A DNA stretch of 63,545 nucleotides, counting the filler, from Octopus bimaculoides (taxonomy: Eukaryota): the NCBI RefSeq assembly GCF_001194135.2. It is 7 parts of 7 records of this genome, joined end to end, with 100 filler letters (N's around TTAATTAATTAA, not from the genome) between each part and the next. Parts side by side here need not be neighbours in the genome. Positions count along the whole stretch, not along the records: positions 26,978 to 53,229 come from NC_068986.1; positions 53,330 to 56,745 come from NC_069006.1; positions 56,846 to 58,529 come from NC_068983.1; positions 58,630 to 60,428 come from NW_026406656.1; positions 60,529 to 62,329 come from NC_068987.1; positions 62,430 to 63,545 come from NC_068995.1; 1 more part is not named here. One strand, 5' to 3'. Position 1 is the stretch's first letter; each line of letters begins with the position of its first letter. Made by a program: the position numbers and the translations under genes. This document shows positions 52,692-63,545 of this stretch, piece after piece. Under the pieces are notes generated by a model. That model saw only the letters and a list, made by a program, of their open reading frames with translations, had not been told where the DNA came from and ran no database searches.

Positions 52692-52760
52692 CTGTAAGCA
52701 GTTATATGCGGATTAGCAATCATTGCAGACTCCAGATGGAACCGCCCATCACCAAGGTAA
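52692..52760 (-). CDS. DPH1: DPH1 internal coding exon, 69 bp ([23 protein letters not shown])
   Basis: The translation matches the conserved Dph1 motif [16 protein letters not shown]. Acceptor is ttttatattccAG at 52762-52761 and donor is AG|GTGCTA at 52691. The exon ends in phase 2 and joins G of the next exon to make AGG (Arg). Confidence 0.95.
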
Positions 52761-52894
52761 CTGGAATATAAAAGAAAATCAAAAATAAAGTAGACTAAGA
52801 TCAAAACACAAAAATATGATATATAATAGTGTTTTGTATTAATGTATACATATACAATCTTATATATACACATGTGAATAAACATATATCTATA

Positions 52895-53229
52895 TCATCA
52901 TCATCATCATCATCATCATCGTTTAACGTCCGCTTTCCATGCTAGCATGGGTTGGACGATTTGACTGAGGACTGGTGAAACCGGATGGCAACACCAGGCT
53001 CCAATCTAAATTTGGCAGAGTTTCTACAGCTGGATGCCCTTCCTAACGCCAACCACTCAGAGAGTGTAGTAGGTGCTTTTATGTGTCACCTGCACGAAGG
53101 CCAGTCAGGCGATACTGGCAACGGCCACGCTCGAAATGGTGTCTTTTATGTGCCACCCGCACAAGCCAGTCCAGGGGCACTGGCAACGATCTTGCTCGAA
53201 AATCCTACGGAGGCCAGTCAGGCGGTACT
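52895..53229 (-). mobile_element. RTE 3' UTR copy running into a gap
   Basis: (CAT)n tail, then GTTTAACGTCCGCTTTCCATGCTAGCATGGG; closely similar to the 51980 copy. Confidence 0.8.
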
Positions 53230-53772
53230 NNNNNNNNNNNNNNNNNNNNNNNNNNNNNNNNNNNNNNNNNNNNTTAATTAATTAANNNNNNNNNNNNNNN
53301 NNNNNNNNNNNNNNNNNNNNNNNNNNNNNATATATATACAATGCTAAGGAGAGTTCAAATAAGTTCAACAATTTATGTAAACATATATTGCGCCATGTGT
53401 CGATGTACATCAGTTTTTAATTATACAAATGTATCAATCATTAAAATATTAAAACATGGTAAAAATCTATGAATACAAAAATATATAAAAATTCAACATA
53501 CAAATACAAATAGACGAATGCGATTAAGTTATAAAATTGTAGATGTATAAAAGTATAGTTGTATTAAGATATACATATTTAGAATTGCAATCGTATTAAA
53601 AGGCGTTGTACAACAGCGTTATACAAATAGAATGGCGTTGTTGAAGATGAATAAAATAAAGTCTTATGGAAAGAGCGAATAACGAAAAATTATAGCGTTG
53701 AGATAAGATTTTTCAGAAAATATGTAATTGATCCAAGAAAATAGGTAATCCTCTTTAGATAAACTGTTGGTA

Positions 53773-53872
53773 ATAGTCTTCTTACGGCCGTTTCAGGAGC
53801 ACAGTAATCCATAGATTTTAAGGGTATTTTCACACCAAAAATTAAATACTGCCTCCTTCATCAGAGAGAGTA
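53773..53872 (-). ncRNA. Type I hammerhead ribozyme motif with long stem II
   Basis: Minus strand reads CTGATGA (53864-53858), AGGAG-GCAGTA...TACTGT-G-CTCCT (stem II), GAAA, C-GGCC-G (palindromic stem III), then TA. Predicted GUA cleavage falls between 53783 and 53782. Stem I is TCT/AGA plus a bulged extension. Confidence 0.8.
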
Positions 53873-54010
53873 TAGAATATTATTCAGGATTCATATTTCG
53901 TACTTTATTTTATTCGCCTTCTCGTAAGGGCATATTTATTTTTAAATAATATTTTGTACAACGCCGTTCTACAACGCCTTTTGATACGATTGTAATTCTA
54001 AATGTCTCTA

Positions 54011-54910
54011 CAGGGTGCGAGGTGTATTTGAGGACAGTTTTGGTATACAATAAAACAACTATATTTCAGCATAAATATCTTTGGATAAACTTTTGTGCAA
54101 TTAGTTTTGATAATGATTTTTTAAGCGAATTATTCTATGAAACCGCCTTCAGCTTCGATGACTGCTTCAATGCGGGACCGAAACCGCTAACATGCTGACA
54201 CTATATGATCCTTATTCATTACAGACATCACCTGGACAATGGCGGCCTATGGTATTATGAGGTATTAATCTCCCTTTCAACAGCGCTCTACACGTAGTAT
54301 CTATGGGGTCCAAATCTGGTGAATTTGGCGGCCACATATTGGGTGTAACATAAGCGTAAAGATTTTCAGACAACCATTCTTGGATGACTAGGGCTTTCTG
54401 GGAAGGTGCTGAGTCTTGTTGAAACACGTATGGCCTTCCATTGCATACTTCATCAATTCAGGGCTTGATAACAGTTTCTAGTATCTCAATGTATCCAGCA
54501 GCATTAATTCTAAGACCCTGTGGAAAAGAGTGGGGAGGCATCACATGACCTTCGCTACTTACCACTCCTAAAACTATCACAGTTGCTGGAAATATCATGT
54601 GCATCACTCTGAGTACTTCAGAAGAATTTGCACACAACCAGCTGTCATTTCTTCTGTTAGACTTTTTTTCGTCGGAGAAAAACCAAATCATGCCTTGTTC
54701 ATGAGGGTTTTTCACTTTGTTAAATAACCGTTTTGAACAGGATGAGACGGTTTTCCTATGTCTTTGCAGACGCCAATTGGCCTTTCCTCATTACATAGGA
54801 CTTGTATCGAATGTCCCGATGTACCACAGTTCTGATAGTACGCTCTGACTCCCGAAGTTCTTTAGCAATGGACCTCATTGAACATGCTGTATAAATTCCG
54901 GTGTCCTTTT
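54011..54910 (-). mobile_element. maT/DD37D-type Tc1-mariner, central and 3' part
   Basis: TA plus CAGGGTG terminus. Reverse translation gives DIRYKSYVMRKGQ, WFFSDEK, FQQDSAP and WPPNSPDL, typical of the maT (Bmmar1-like) group. Confidence 0.85.
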
Positions 54911-54956
54911 AGTGCCTAAGCGTTGTGAATGTATATATGTATGTATATATATATAN

Positions 54957-55788
54957 NNNNNNNNNNNNNNNNNNNNNNNNNNNNNNNNNNNNNNNNNNNN
55001 NNNNNNNNNNNNNNNNNNNNNNNNNNNNNNNNNNNNNNNNNNNNNNNNNNNNNNNNNNNNNNNNNNNNNNNNNNNNNNNNNNNNNNNNNNNNNNNNNNNN
55101 NNNNNNNNNNNNNNNNNNNNNNNNNNNNNNNNNNNNNNNNNNNNNNNNNNNNNNNNNNNNNNNNNNNNNNNNNNNNNNNNNNNNNNNNNNNNNNNNNNNN
55201 NNNNNNNNNNNNNNNNNNNNNNNNNNNNNNNNNNNNNNNNNNNNNNNNNNNNNNNNNNNNNNNNNNNNNNNNNNNNNNNNNNNNNNNNNNNNNNNNNNNN
55301 NNNNNNNNNNNNNNNNNNNNNNNNNNNNNNNNNNNNNNNNNNNNNNNNNNNNNNNNNNNNNNNNNNNNNNNNNNNNNNNNNNNNNNNNNNNNNNNNNNNN
55401 NNNNNNNNNNNNNNNNNNNNNNNNNNNNNNNNNNNNNNNNNNNNNNNNNNNNNNNNNNNNNNNNNNNNNNNNNNNNNNNNNNNNNNNNNNNNNNNNNNNN
55501 NNNNNNNNNNNNNNNNNNNNNNNNNNNNNNNNNNNNNNNNNNNNNNNNNNNNNNNNNNNNNNNNNNNNNNNNNNNNNNNNNNNNNNNNNNNNNNNNNNNN
55601 NNNNNNNNNNNNNNNNNNNNNNNNNNNNNNNNNNNNNNNNNNNNNNNNNNNNNNNNNNNNNNNNNNNNNNNNNNNNNNNNNNNNNNNNNNNNNNNNNNNN
55701 NNNNNNNNNNNNNNNNNNNNNNNNNNNNNNNNNNNNNNNNNNNNNNNNNNNNNNNNNNNNNNNNNNNNNNNNNNNNNNNNNNNNNNNC
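54957..55788. other. Largest assembly gap (N run) in the probable DPH1 upstream intron region
   Basis: The N run is read directly and could hide DPH1 exons. Confidence 0.95.
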
Positions 55789-56194
55789 AACACCACCACC
55801 ACCACTACCACCACCACTACCACCACCACCACTACCACCCACACCACCTATCCACCCACACCACCTATCCACCCGCACCCCACAAGATAAGAAGATAATA
55901 TTAACACAGATTACTCAGTGACTTTATATTAAGTGTGACTTGTTGCCTGGAAACGGTCAGAAGAGCGGCGGGGTGGGACGGAGAGAGGGAAAGGATTTGT
56001 AGGGAGCATGTGACACAATAGCTAACGTAATCCTAGATAGAGTATGTCGGAATAAAAGCCAGGGTGGTCATGACTGGAACACCTCTGATCATGGGTCTGC
56101 GGGATCGGTGCTGAGCAAGGACTAAACAACGACAAGGTCACATTAGAAAATACATTCTTCTCTATTTTCTACGTCTACGACACACTAAACGACA

Positions 56195-56527
56195 GGCGCA
56201 TGGCTCAGTGGTCAGAGCTTCAGGCGTACAATCTTGAGGTTCGGGATTCGATTCCAGGATCAGGTTATGTGCTGTGTTCTTGAGCAAGACACTTTATTTC
56301 ACGTTGCTCCAGTTCACTCAGCTGTAGAAATGAGTTGTGACGTCACTGGTGCCAAGCTGTATCGGCCCCCTTGCTTTTCCCTTGGACAACATCAATGGCG
56401 TGGAAAGAGGAGGTTGGTATGCATGGGACCCGCTGGTCTTCTATAAACAAACTTGCCAGGACTTGTGCCTGGGAAGGTAACTTTCTAGTCTAGGTGCAAT
56501 CCCATGGTCAGTCATGACCAAAGGGAG

Positions 56528-56579
<52 letters not shown>

Positions 56580-56700
56580 GTACACACACACACACACACA
56601 CACGTGTTTGTGGTCTTCTATAAACAACTTTGCCCGGACTTGTGCCATGGACGGTAACTTTCTAAGTGTAATCCCATGGTCATTCATGACCGAAGGAAGT
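56195..56700 (+). mobile_element. CORE-type tRNA SINE with its last ~110 bp tandemly duplicated
   Basis: A box TGGCTCAGTGG and B box GATTCGATTCC, then TGTGTTCTTGAGCAAGACACTT. GGTCTTCTATAAACAA...CCCATGGTCA occurs at about 56435 and 56590. A 5' fragment of the same type lies near 51160-51275. Confidence 0.75.
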
Positions 56701-56714
56701 CTCTCTCTCTCTCC

Positions 56715-56745
<31 letters not shown>

Positions 56746-57789
56746 NNNNNNNNNNNNNNNNNNNNNNNNNNNNNNNNNNNNNNNNNNNNTTAATTAATTA
56801 ANNNNNNNNNNNNNNNNNNNNNNNNNNNNNNNNNNNNNNNNNNNNTATATATATGCGAGTAAAAGTAAATACAAAATAAAGGGGTTTTGTATGATTGTGT
56901 ATAGACGAATATATTATTTTGTTTAAAAGAGTTCCAACACTGTCTGTTTTTATATATATATAGGACGACATTATTCGGTTTGTACTTACCATCTCTTAAA
57001 GACAGCATGGAGTGACTTAAGGGAGAATTGGTTGCTAATACTATCAGTGGAATAGCTACACCGAGGATTCCTTGAGATAAGATAGTTAGCTCCTCGGATA
57101 TAAAACTGAAAATGGTATGAGTTTACGATGTGTTGTCATGCAAGAAACAAATCCGACAAATACTTGCACAGAAATACAATTACTACCGATGACAACAGGA
57201 TAGATAATGCAGATGAGGATGATAAGAAACGAAAGGAAAGGGAGGAAAATGAAGGGAGTGATAGAAATCTGGGTGGAGAAGAAATTAAGGAAGAGACAGA
57301 TAAAAGAGATAGTAAAATATCAGTTGAAATGACAATGGCTATAAAAATGTTGACGGAGGCAAGGAAGGAAATGATGAGAAAAGCTGACTACGAATAAGCG
57401 AATATATTATTTAAGCCACACTCACACATATACACACGCAATCATTAGAGCGTCAGATAGAATGCCACACGGTAACCTTTATGACACTTTACAATCTGAG
57501 TTCGAATACGACCGTTTTTAACATTGTCTTTCATTAATTCAGGGTAGATAAAAAAGACAATTCAGTGTGGTAGACTCATAGAACAGAACGGAAGTCGATC
57601 CAACTTTCTGGTGGTATTAGTTTCGACTCTTTGCAGTCTGTGTTGAAATCCCTGTTAGCTTATTTTGGTAGTAAACTTAATTAGTCACCTTTGCAACTCG
57701 GATTTCTTTAGTGGAGTCAACTCTGTTGAAAGCATTGGTTCAAGCGTCATGGCTTTAAGATACCACCCTTCTTCCTTTCCACGAATCTT

Positions 57790-58477
57790 GATGGTAATGA
57801 GAGTTACCTTGCCACTTTACGAAAGATAAACTTAGTATGCATGACAACTCGAACCTCATTCGAGTTTCTGCATAAATATCCGTCGTCCCTTAGGTTTTCT
57901 CGTTGGAGAAAAAATAAAGCATTCCAGCTTATTTGTATTTCAACTTGTTCAGCAAGCGCTTTGCAAAGATCGAACAATTCTCTCGTTTCATTCGGCATAA
58001 ACTGACACTCTCCACATCACATACGACTTGAATCAGATGTCCTCATGCGCAACTGATTTGCTGGTGCATTGTGAAATCTTGAGATCAATTCTAAAGGTTT
58101 TGATAGATTTCCAGAGCTTTTATCGATTATTTGCTGGAACGTTTGTACAAAACGTTTGTGCTTTGATAGTATTCGAATCCTAGGCATGCGTTTTGCGTTC
58201 ATCTGCTGATATTGGATCCCTATCAGCAGCTTCCAGCTCCATTTAAACTTTGATAACGAAGGATCGGGCTACTTTCAGGAAGCAAGCTCTTTCTGTATCA
58301 CTATGCTGCGCATTTAAGGCTACGATTACAACGTGTCTTTCACTTGCTGAGTCAACCTGATATCTGACATTATTTATCTAAAAAATAATACGGTAAAAAC
58401 AAAAAAAGACAAATACTAATTGACATGAAAGTTAGGAATCTTGAAAGAGGTGTCCTCAAAAACCTGACGCACCCTTC
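57790..58477 (-). mobile_element. maT-type element 5' half (a separate copy)
   Basis: Terminus AGGGTGCGTCAGGTTTTTGAGGACA resembles the 54011 terminus. Translation MSDIRLTQ..RHVVIVAL..FLKVARSFV..HEDI*FKSYVM overlaps the content of the 54011-54910 copy, so these are two copies. Confidence 0.75.
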
Positions 58478-58498
58478 TATCCCTACACACACACACAC

Positions 58499-58529
<31 letters not shown>

Positions 58530-58929
58530 NNNNNNNNNNNNNNNNNNNNNNNNNNNNNNNNNNNNNNNNNNNNTTAATTAATTAANNNNNNNNNNNNNNN
58601 NNNNNNNNNNNNNNNNNNNNNNNNNNNNNTTAAAAATGAAACTATTCCACTAACTGAAACAATCACATTTCGATACTATGACAGATACTTTCACTTTAAT
58701 GGTTTCAGAGAGAGAGATAGATACGTATACATATAGATGTATATGTACACGTATATGTACACGTATATGTATAGATGTATATAGAGATATAGATCTATAT
58801 GCATACATGTATATGTATACATATGTGTAGATGTATATATAGATGTACATGTAATATTTAGACATATATACACATATATACATGCATACATATATCTATA
58901 CATATATACACTCACACACACACATACAC

Positions 58930-59070
58930 ACAAACGCACACATTAGTCATTTGTTTTTTTTTATCCAAAACTACGTAAAAAGTACTGAATGGATCTTTAT
59001 GAAATTTAGAAATTATATTCAAGGCATAACGGCCATAACCACCATGAAAATTCATATATTTTTGATGTTA
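58930..59070 (+). mobile_element. Helitron-type 5' module of another subfamily
   Basis: CAAAACTACGTAAAAAGTACTGAATGGATCTTTATGAAATTT after a CA/TA microsatellite is typical of non-autonomous Helitron heads. Recognised from memory only. Confidence 0.4.
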
Positions 59071-59516
59071 ATGAAATTTTAACCATACAGATTACACACA
59101 AATAAAGTAATATTTCTAAAATTTCTTCTTAGAAGTCACAAAGACCCCTTCATGGGGACTTCACACCCACAATTTAGTCATTTTTTCTAAGCAAAGACGA
59201 ATACAGTTGTACTATTGGAACCTATAGAGTCACCCGAACATAACAGATGAGCATTATTTGTNNNNNNNNNNNNNNNNNNNNNNNNNNNNNNNNNNNNNNN
59301 NNNNNNNNNNNNNNNNNNNNNNNNNNNNNNNNNNNNNNNNNNNNNNNNNNNNNNNNNNNNNNNNNNNNNNNNNNNNNNNNNNNNNNNNNNNNNNNNNNNN
59401 NNNNNNNNNNNNNNNNNNNNNNNNNNNNNNNNNNNNNNNNNNNNNNNTGGTGCATAGATTGTCAAGAAAATGAGACGCATCTTTGCCTCCACTTTTTATT
59501 ATCACTGGGTCAAACA

Positions 59517-60100
59517 TAGTCCCCAGGTGGTAACATTGATTTCAAGGCCTTCCCAGATGAGTGACTTGTTGTTCGAAGACATTTATTGATTGTAAATTGT
59601 TTTCTGCTGTTACCTATCGGTATAGTGGTCATTTGCAAACTCCAGAGGCGACACTTTCATTTCCCTTTACCCCAAACGTCACACGTTCTTATTTCAATTG
59701 GGTCATGTCCTTCCAGTTGCTATAGATCCGTAATGCATCTTACAGCTGTGCCTGTCACCTGTATGGTGAGGAATCCTACATTGGGGAGTAATAACGACTA
59801 CGCTCGGGTAGCCGACTGATTATCGTGATCATTCGTCTGTTGGTTTCCTGTAGCTTTACTCTCTTTTACAAATCCAGTGAACATATATATATTTCCTATT
59901 TCAAAGAAATTCAAACAATACATATTACACCCAAGTTAAAAACATTCCCAACAATTCAACTTCTCTGCTTGACATTAACACACCCACCCCCAATAAGGGC
60001 CTTAACTTCTACATTTTTCAGCTCCAAGAGCTCCATTCTTCATGAGCAAAATCCTTTTTACAGGGTCCATAACACTAGAATTTTTGAATATGCGCATAAA
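59517..60100 (+). mobile_element. Helitron internal module homologous to 27820-28407
   Basis: Long collinear reverse-complement match to the 27.6-28.6 kb element, for example GGAATCCTACATTGGGGAGTA and TATCGGTATAGTGGTCATTTGCAAACTCCAGAGG. Confidence 0.8.
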
Positions 60101-60101
60101 T

Positions 60102-60428
60102 ATCGGATATATAAAGATGATAATATGTGTCTGTGTGAATCCATAAAACTCGAGAACTACACAACCAATGTCATGCTTTACTTAGGGTCCATGTAGTGTC
60201 TTACGCCAAAACAATTTTTAACTTCTTGCATAGTTCGAGCCCACACCAATATCATATCTCCTCCACTATTTCAGTATTATGTCTCAAAAGTGAAACAATA
60301 ACATCTCTCTACTGTAATGTCAGATTCTTTCACTTTCACACTGAAACTATTCCGCTATTTCAGTATTACATTTCAAAAGTTACTGTAATTTCATATACCT
60401 TCACTTTAATACTTTCAATTTCATACTG
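60102..60428 (+). mobile_element. Helitron 5' end (module shared with 28408-28589), then a different interior, running into a gap
   Basis: Begins A|TCGGATATATAAAGATGA and shares AAAACTCGAGAACTACACAACCAAT and TTCTTGCATAGTTCGAGCCCACA with the 27.6-28.6 kb element. Confidence 0.7.
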
Positions 60429-60529
60429 NNNNNNNNNNNNNNNNNNNNNNNNNNNNNNNNNNNNNNNNNNNNTTAATTAATTAANNNNNNNNNNNNNNNN
60501 NNNNNNNNNNNNNNNNNNNNNNNNNNNNC

Positions 60530-61640
60530 AAGGTGCTGAGGATACATAGTTTATAGACTGTGAATTTGGTGGATCTCATCAGCTTGCCGTTTAACCACAC
60601 TTTTTGAGCTAGTTTAGTGAAGTCGAAGCTGCTAACCAAATTCTCCTGTTCAGCTCCTGGTGGAGTGTGAGGCCATCCGTAATTGTTGAGCCAAGGTACG
60701 TAAACTCACGGACCACATCGAGTGAGTGGTTGTCGATGGTAATAATGGGGGGGGGGGATCTGAGACGCCTTGGCCCATTACCTTGGTCTGCTGTTGGTTG
60801 ATTGTTAAGCTGAAGGCACGGCACGCCTGGTTGAAATTGTCCATCATTGTTTCCAGTTGCAGTTCTGAATGAGCTATTACAGCCGCGTCGTCGGCAAACA
60901 GCATCTAACGTTGAATTATACTGTGGCCTTCTTGTACAAATGGAAAGACTCAAGGATGCGGAGCAGTTGAGGAGGACACCCAATCTTTCCAAGAACTTGG
61001 AACATCCCATTCCGACTCACCGTGTCGAACGCCTTCGTCAAGTCAACGACTGTAATGTAGAGAAGTTGGTTCTGTTCCCTTCACTTCTCTTGTAACTAAG
61101 GGAGAAAATCATATCCATCGTGGATCGTCCGGATCTGAAACCACTTTGAGATTCTGGGTAGATCCTTTCTGCAAGTTTCTGAACTCGGTCGAAAGCCATG
61201 CGAGCAAACGCCTTCCCGATGACACTGAGCAATGATGTACTTCTATAGCTGTCACTGTGACTCCTGCTTCCTTTGTTTTTATACAACGTGAACATTTTAC
61301 TGTCTTTCATATCACTGGGTATCTCACCTTCCTCCCAGCAATGACACAGGATATGATGGAGCTGGTGTAGGATGTCTTCTTTCGAACACTTGATATCTTC
61401 AGCTGGTATCCAATCTAGTCCAGGCGCTTTACCCGGTTGGTAGTGAGTCGAGTGCATTTTCTAATTCCTCTACAGTTGGGACTATGTTCAGTTCGTCCAT
61501 GACCGGCAAACTTTCCAAGCTGTTCAGCGCCGTTTCCGAAATGGAGCTGTCCTGGGAATATATCTCGAAGTAATGTTCCACTCATCTCTCCATTTGTTTC
61601 AGCTGCTCTGTGATGGTCTCTTCAGTTTTGGTTTTCAGTG
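60530..61640 (-). mobile_element. RTE/BovB-like LINE RT fragment with an internal deletion
   Basis: GKAPGLD.IPAE, LYKNKG, LLSVIGK and PESQSGFRSGRST.DMIFSL jump almost directly to LFADD and REFTYLGS, so the middle RT motifs are missing. Confidence 0.88.
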
Positions 61641-62047
61641 ACGCTATCTTGCATTGTGGCGGTCCTATTGCTTCCTTTATCCCGTCGAATATCCTATGTT
61701 CCCTGGCATAGCTCCCAAAATATAGTAGTAATCGCCAAAAGCCTGCCACCGAAGTTGTTGAGTATAAAGTTTCTATGCTGGATGTTGATACTACTCAACT
61801 ATGGTAAGGGAGAACAATAGTGGGTTAGAAACAGGCGACCTAGTTCTGTATAAGTACCACATTGACCAAACACCCTGTTTTTTTTCTTTTCTTTTCTTCT
61901 CTTCCTTTTCTTTAACAGTTGATTCGTTGAGTCGTTCACTATATTTTCCATCGATCAATTGATCGATTGATCAAATTGAATACATCTAAAATATAAATCT
62001 AAAGCAACTGTAAGTCTATCATGTACAAATAAATATATTAAGACTAA

Positions 62048-62256
62048 GGCGGTGAGCTGGCAGAAACGTTAGCACGCTAAGCGAAATGCTTAGTGGTATT
62101 TCGTCTGTCTTTACGTTCTGAGTTCAAATTCCGCCGAGGTCGACTTTGCCCTTCATCCTTTCGGGGTCGATAAATTAAATACCAGTTGCGTACTGGGTCG
62201 ATCTAATCGACTAGCCCCCTACCCCAAAATTTCAAGCCTTGTACCTAGAGTAGAAA
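62048..62256 (+). mobile_element. Nin/Deu-type SINE, near-consensus copy
   Basis: GGCGGTGAGCTGGCAGAA...GAGTTCAAATTCCGCCGAGGTCGAC...CATCCTTTCGGGGTCGATAAA. Confidence 0.9.
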
Positions 62257-62429
62257 AGAATATATAAAAGCCCATTATTTATGTCTATTATATATATATA
62301 TATATATGTGCATACGTATAGTAGAAGACNNNNNNNNNNNNNNNNNNNNNNNNNNNNNNNNNNNNNNNNNNNNTTAATTAATTAANNNNNNNNNNNNNNN
62401 NNNNNNNNNNNNNNNNNNNNNNNNNNNNN

Positions 62430-62465
<36 letters not shown>

Positions 62466-63545
62466 GGTGAGAGAACAAAAGACAAAATGTGAGCTAGAAG
62501 TAAACTTATAAGGTTAAGCATTCCCACGGGCAGAGTCAGCACATGAATTGGTTATGGAATATAATAGAGCATACGTGTATATAGCGAAACTGATGGACAT
62601 ACAACAGAAAGACACACACCCAGAGAGAAACATATATATATATAAGCGTGTGTGTGTGTGTGTGTGTATGTGCACATACATATGTACATATATACATATA
62701 TACACACACATGTATTCATGCATTCATTCATACGTACATACCCACATACATAACACATACATAACACACATACATATGTACATGAATACGCACATCCATA
62801 CATCCATAGAAATATCGCTCGTCTTTCGGTTTTAAGCCATATTTAGCTGATGGGGATGTGAGATTACATAACCGGTTCCGTTCGTCCACATAATCCCCAC
62901 GTGGGGCATTCAGTCACATATATCAGTCTATATATTAGGAAGATTTCACACAAGTTCCGCCACTAGCGATACGTTAGAGCTTCCGGTGCCAATCTGCTAT
63001 TGTTGTTGTCAAATTGTCTTTGAGTCGGATAACAATAGTTTTACTACCTAAAGACCAACTTGAAGTTAATACCGAGAGAGAGGGAGGGGGAGGAAAAGGA
63101 AAGAAAGAAACTAACTTTTAAAGATTCGGGTACACTGTTTTTTTACGTCTGTTTTGTGGTTGTGTTTATTTCACGGTGGACGATGTTCTTACGAGATGAG
63201 GAGGAACATGGTGAGTGATGAATGGAAAAATCCGAGGATGTTTTGATGTTTTGTTTTGTTTTTGTTTTTCCGTGTTATTCGTAATTATTTTTAGACATTT
63301 ACAAAGATTTTTTTTTAGTCATTTTCTTTTTTATCTTTTTCATTTCTTGGTTAAGGTTTAATGACAAAAAGAGCATTTGATGTAAAGGATTTAAAATACT
63401 TCACCGCGGGCTTGGCTTAATATGACAAACTGAGAAGAAGACGAAAGCGGTAAGGAAATGATGAGAGAAGAGACGAAGAGGGATTAAAAAGGAAGTTAAC
63501 GAAAAACGGGGAAGGACTGACGAGCGGTGCGGGTGGGGAGGATCA

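Noticed and set aside
57128-57397. 89-aa acidic/basic ORF
   Set aside because: It is purine-rich low-complexity sequence with no recognisable homology.
59254-59517. ORF piece GGKDASHFLDNLCT (aminomethyltransferase-like) or RLIFLTIYAP (LINE endonuclease-like)
   Set aside because: It is too short, is cut by a gap, has no splice signals and lies inside a Helitron mosaic.
26922-62385. TTAATTAATTAA recurring six times (26922, 53274, 56790, 58574, 60473, 62374)
   Set aside because: It is always centred in a 44N-12-44N block and gives stops in all six frames. It is an assembly spacer for gaps of unknown size, not biology.
52761-63545. Search for the upstream DPH1 exons (for example the GE.LGCT motif)
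   Set aside because: None was found in the called sequence. They lie in the N gaps or beyond the window, so none is reported.

Overview
AT-rich, intron-containing animal DNA crowded with microsatellites and decayed transposons. The repeat families and gap style suggest an octopus, probably an O. bimaculoides-type scaffold (inference only). Two host genes are supported. The first is the last five coding exons of DPH1 (diphthamide biosynthesis protein 1) on the minus strand, 52760 to 40860, with clean GT-AG junctions and consistent phases; its 5' exons are not visible. The second is an intronless class A GPCR on the plus strand (37508-38470) with altered activation motifs, convergent with DPH1. 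The rest is mobile-element debris: two full-length TA-flanked mariners, mariner, maT, pogo and hAT remnants, R4/Dong, RTE, L1-Tx1, Jockey-like and Penelope-like fragments, Helitrons and tRNA-derived SINEs. The most interesting unannotated signal is a set of type I hammerhead ribozyme motifs: a back-to-back inverted pair at 26.5-26.8 kb and a well-formed copy at 53.8 kb lying sense in a probable DPH1 intron. Several local fold-back duplications and a modular Helitron mosaic also stand out. All alignments and folds were done by eye, and many element boundaries are approximate.
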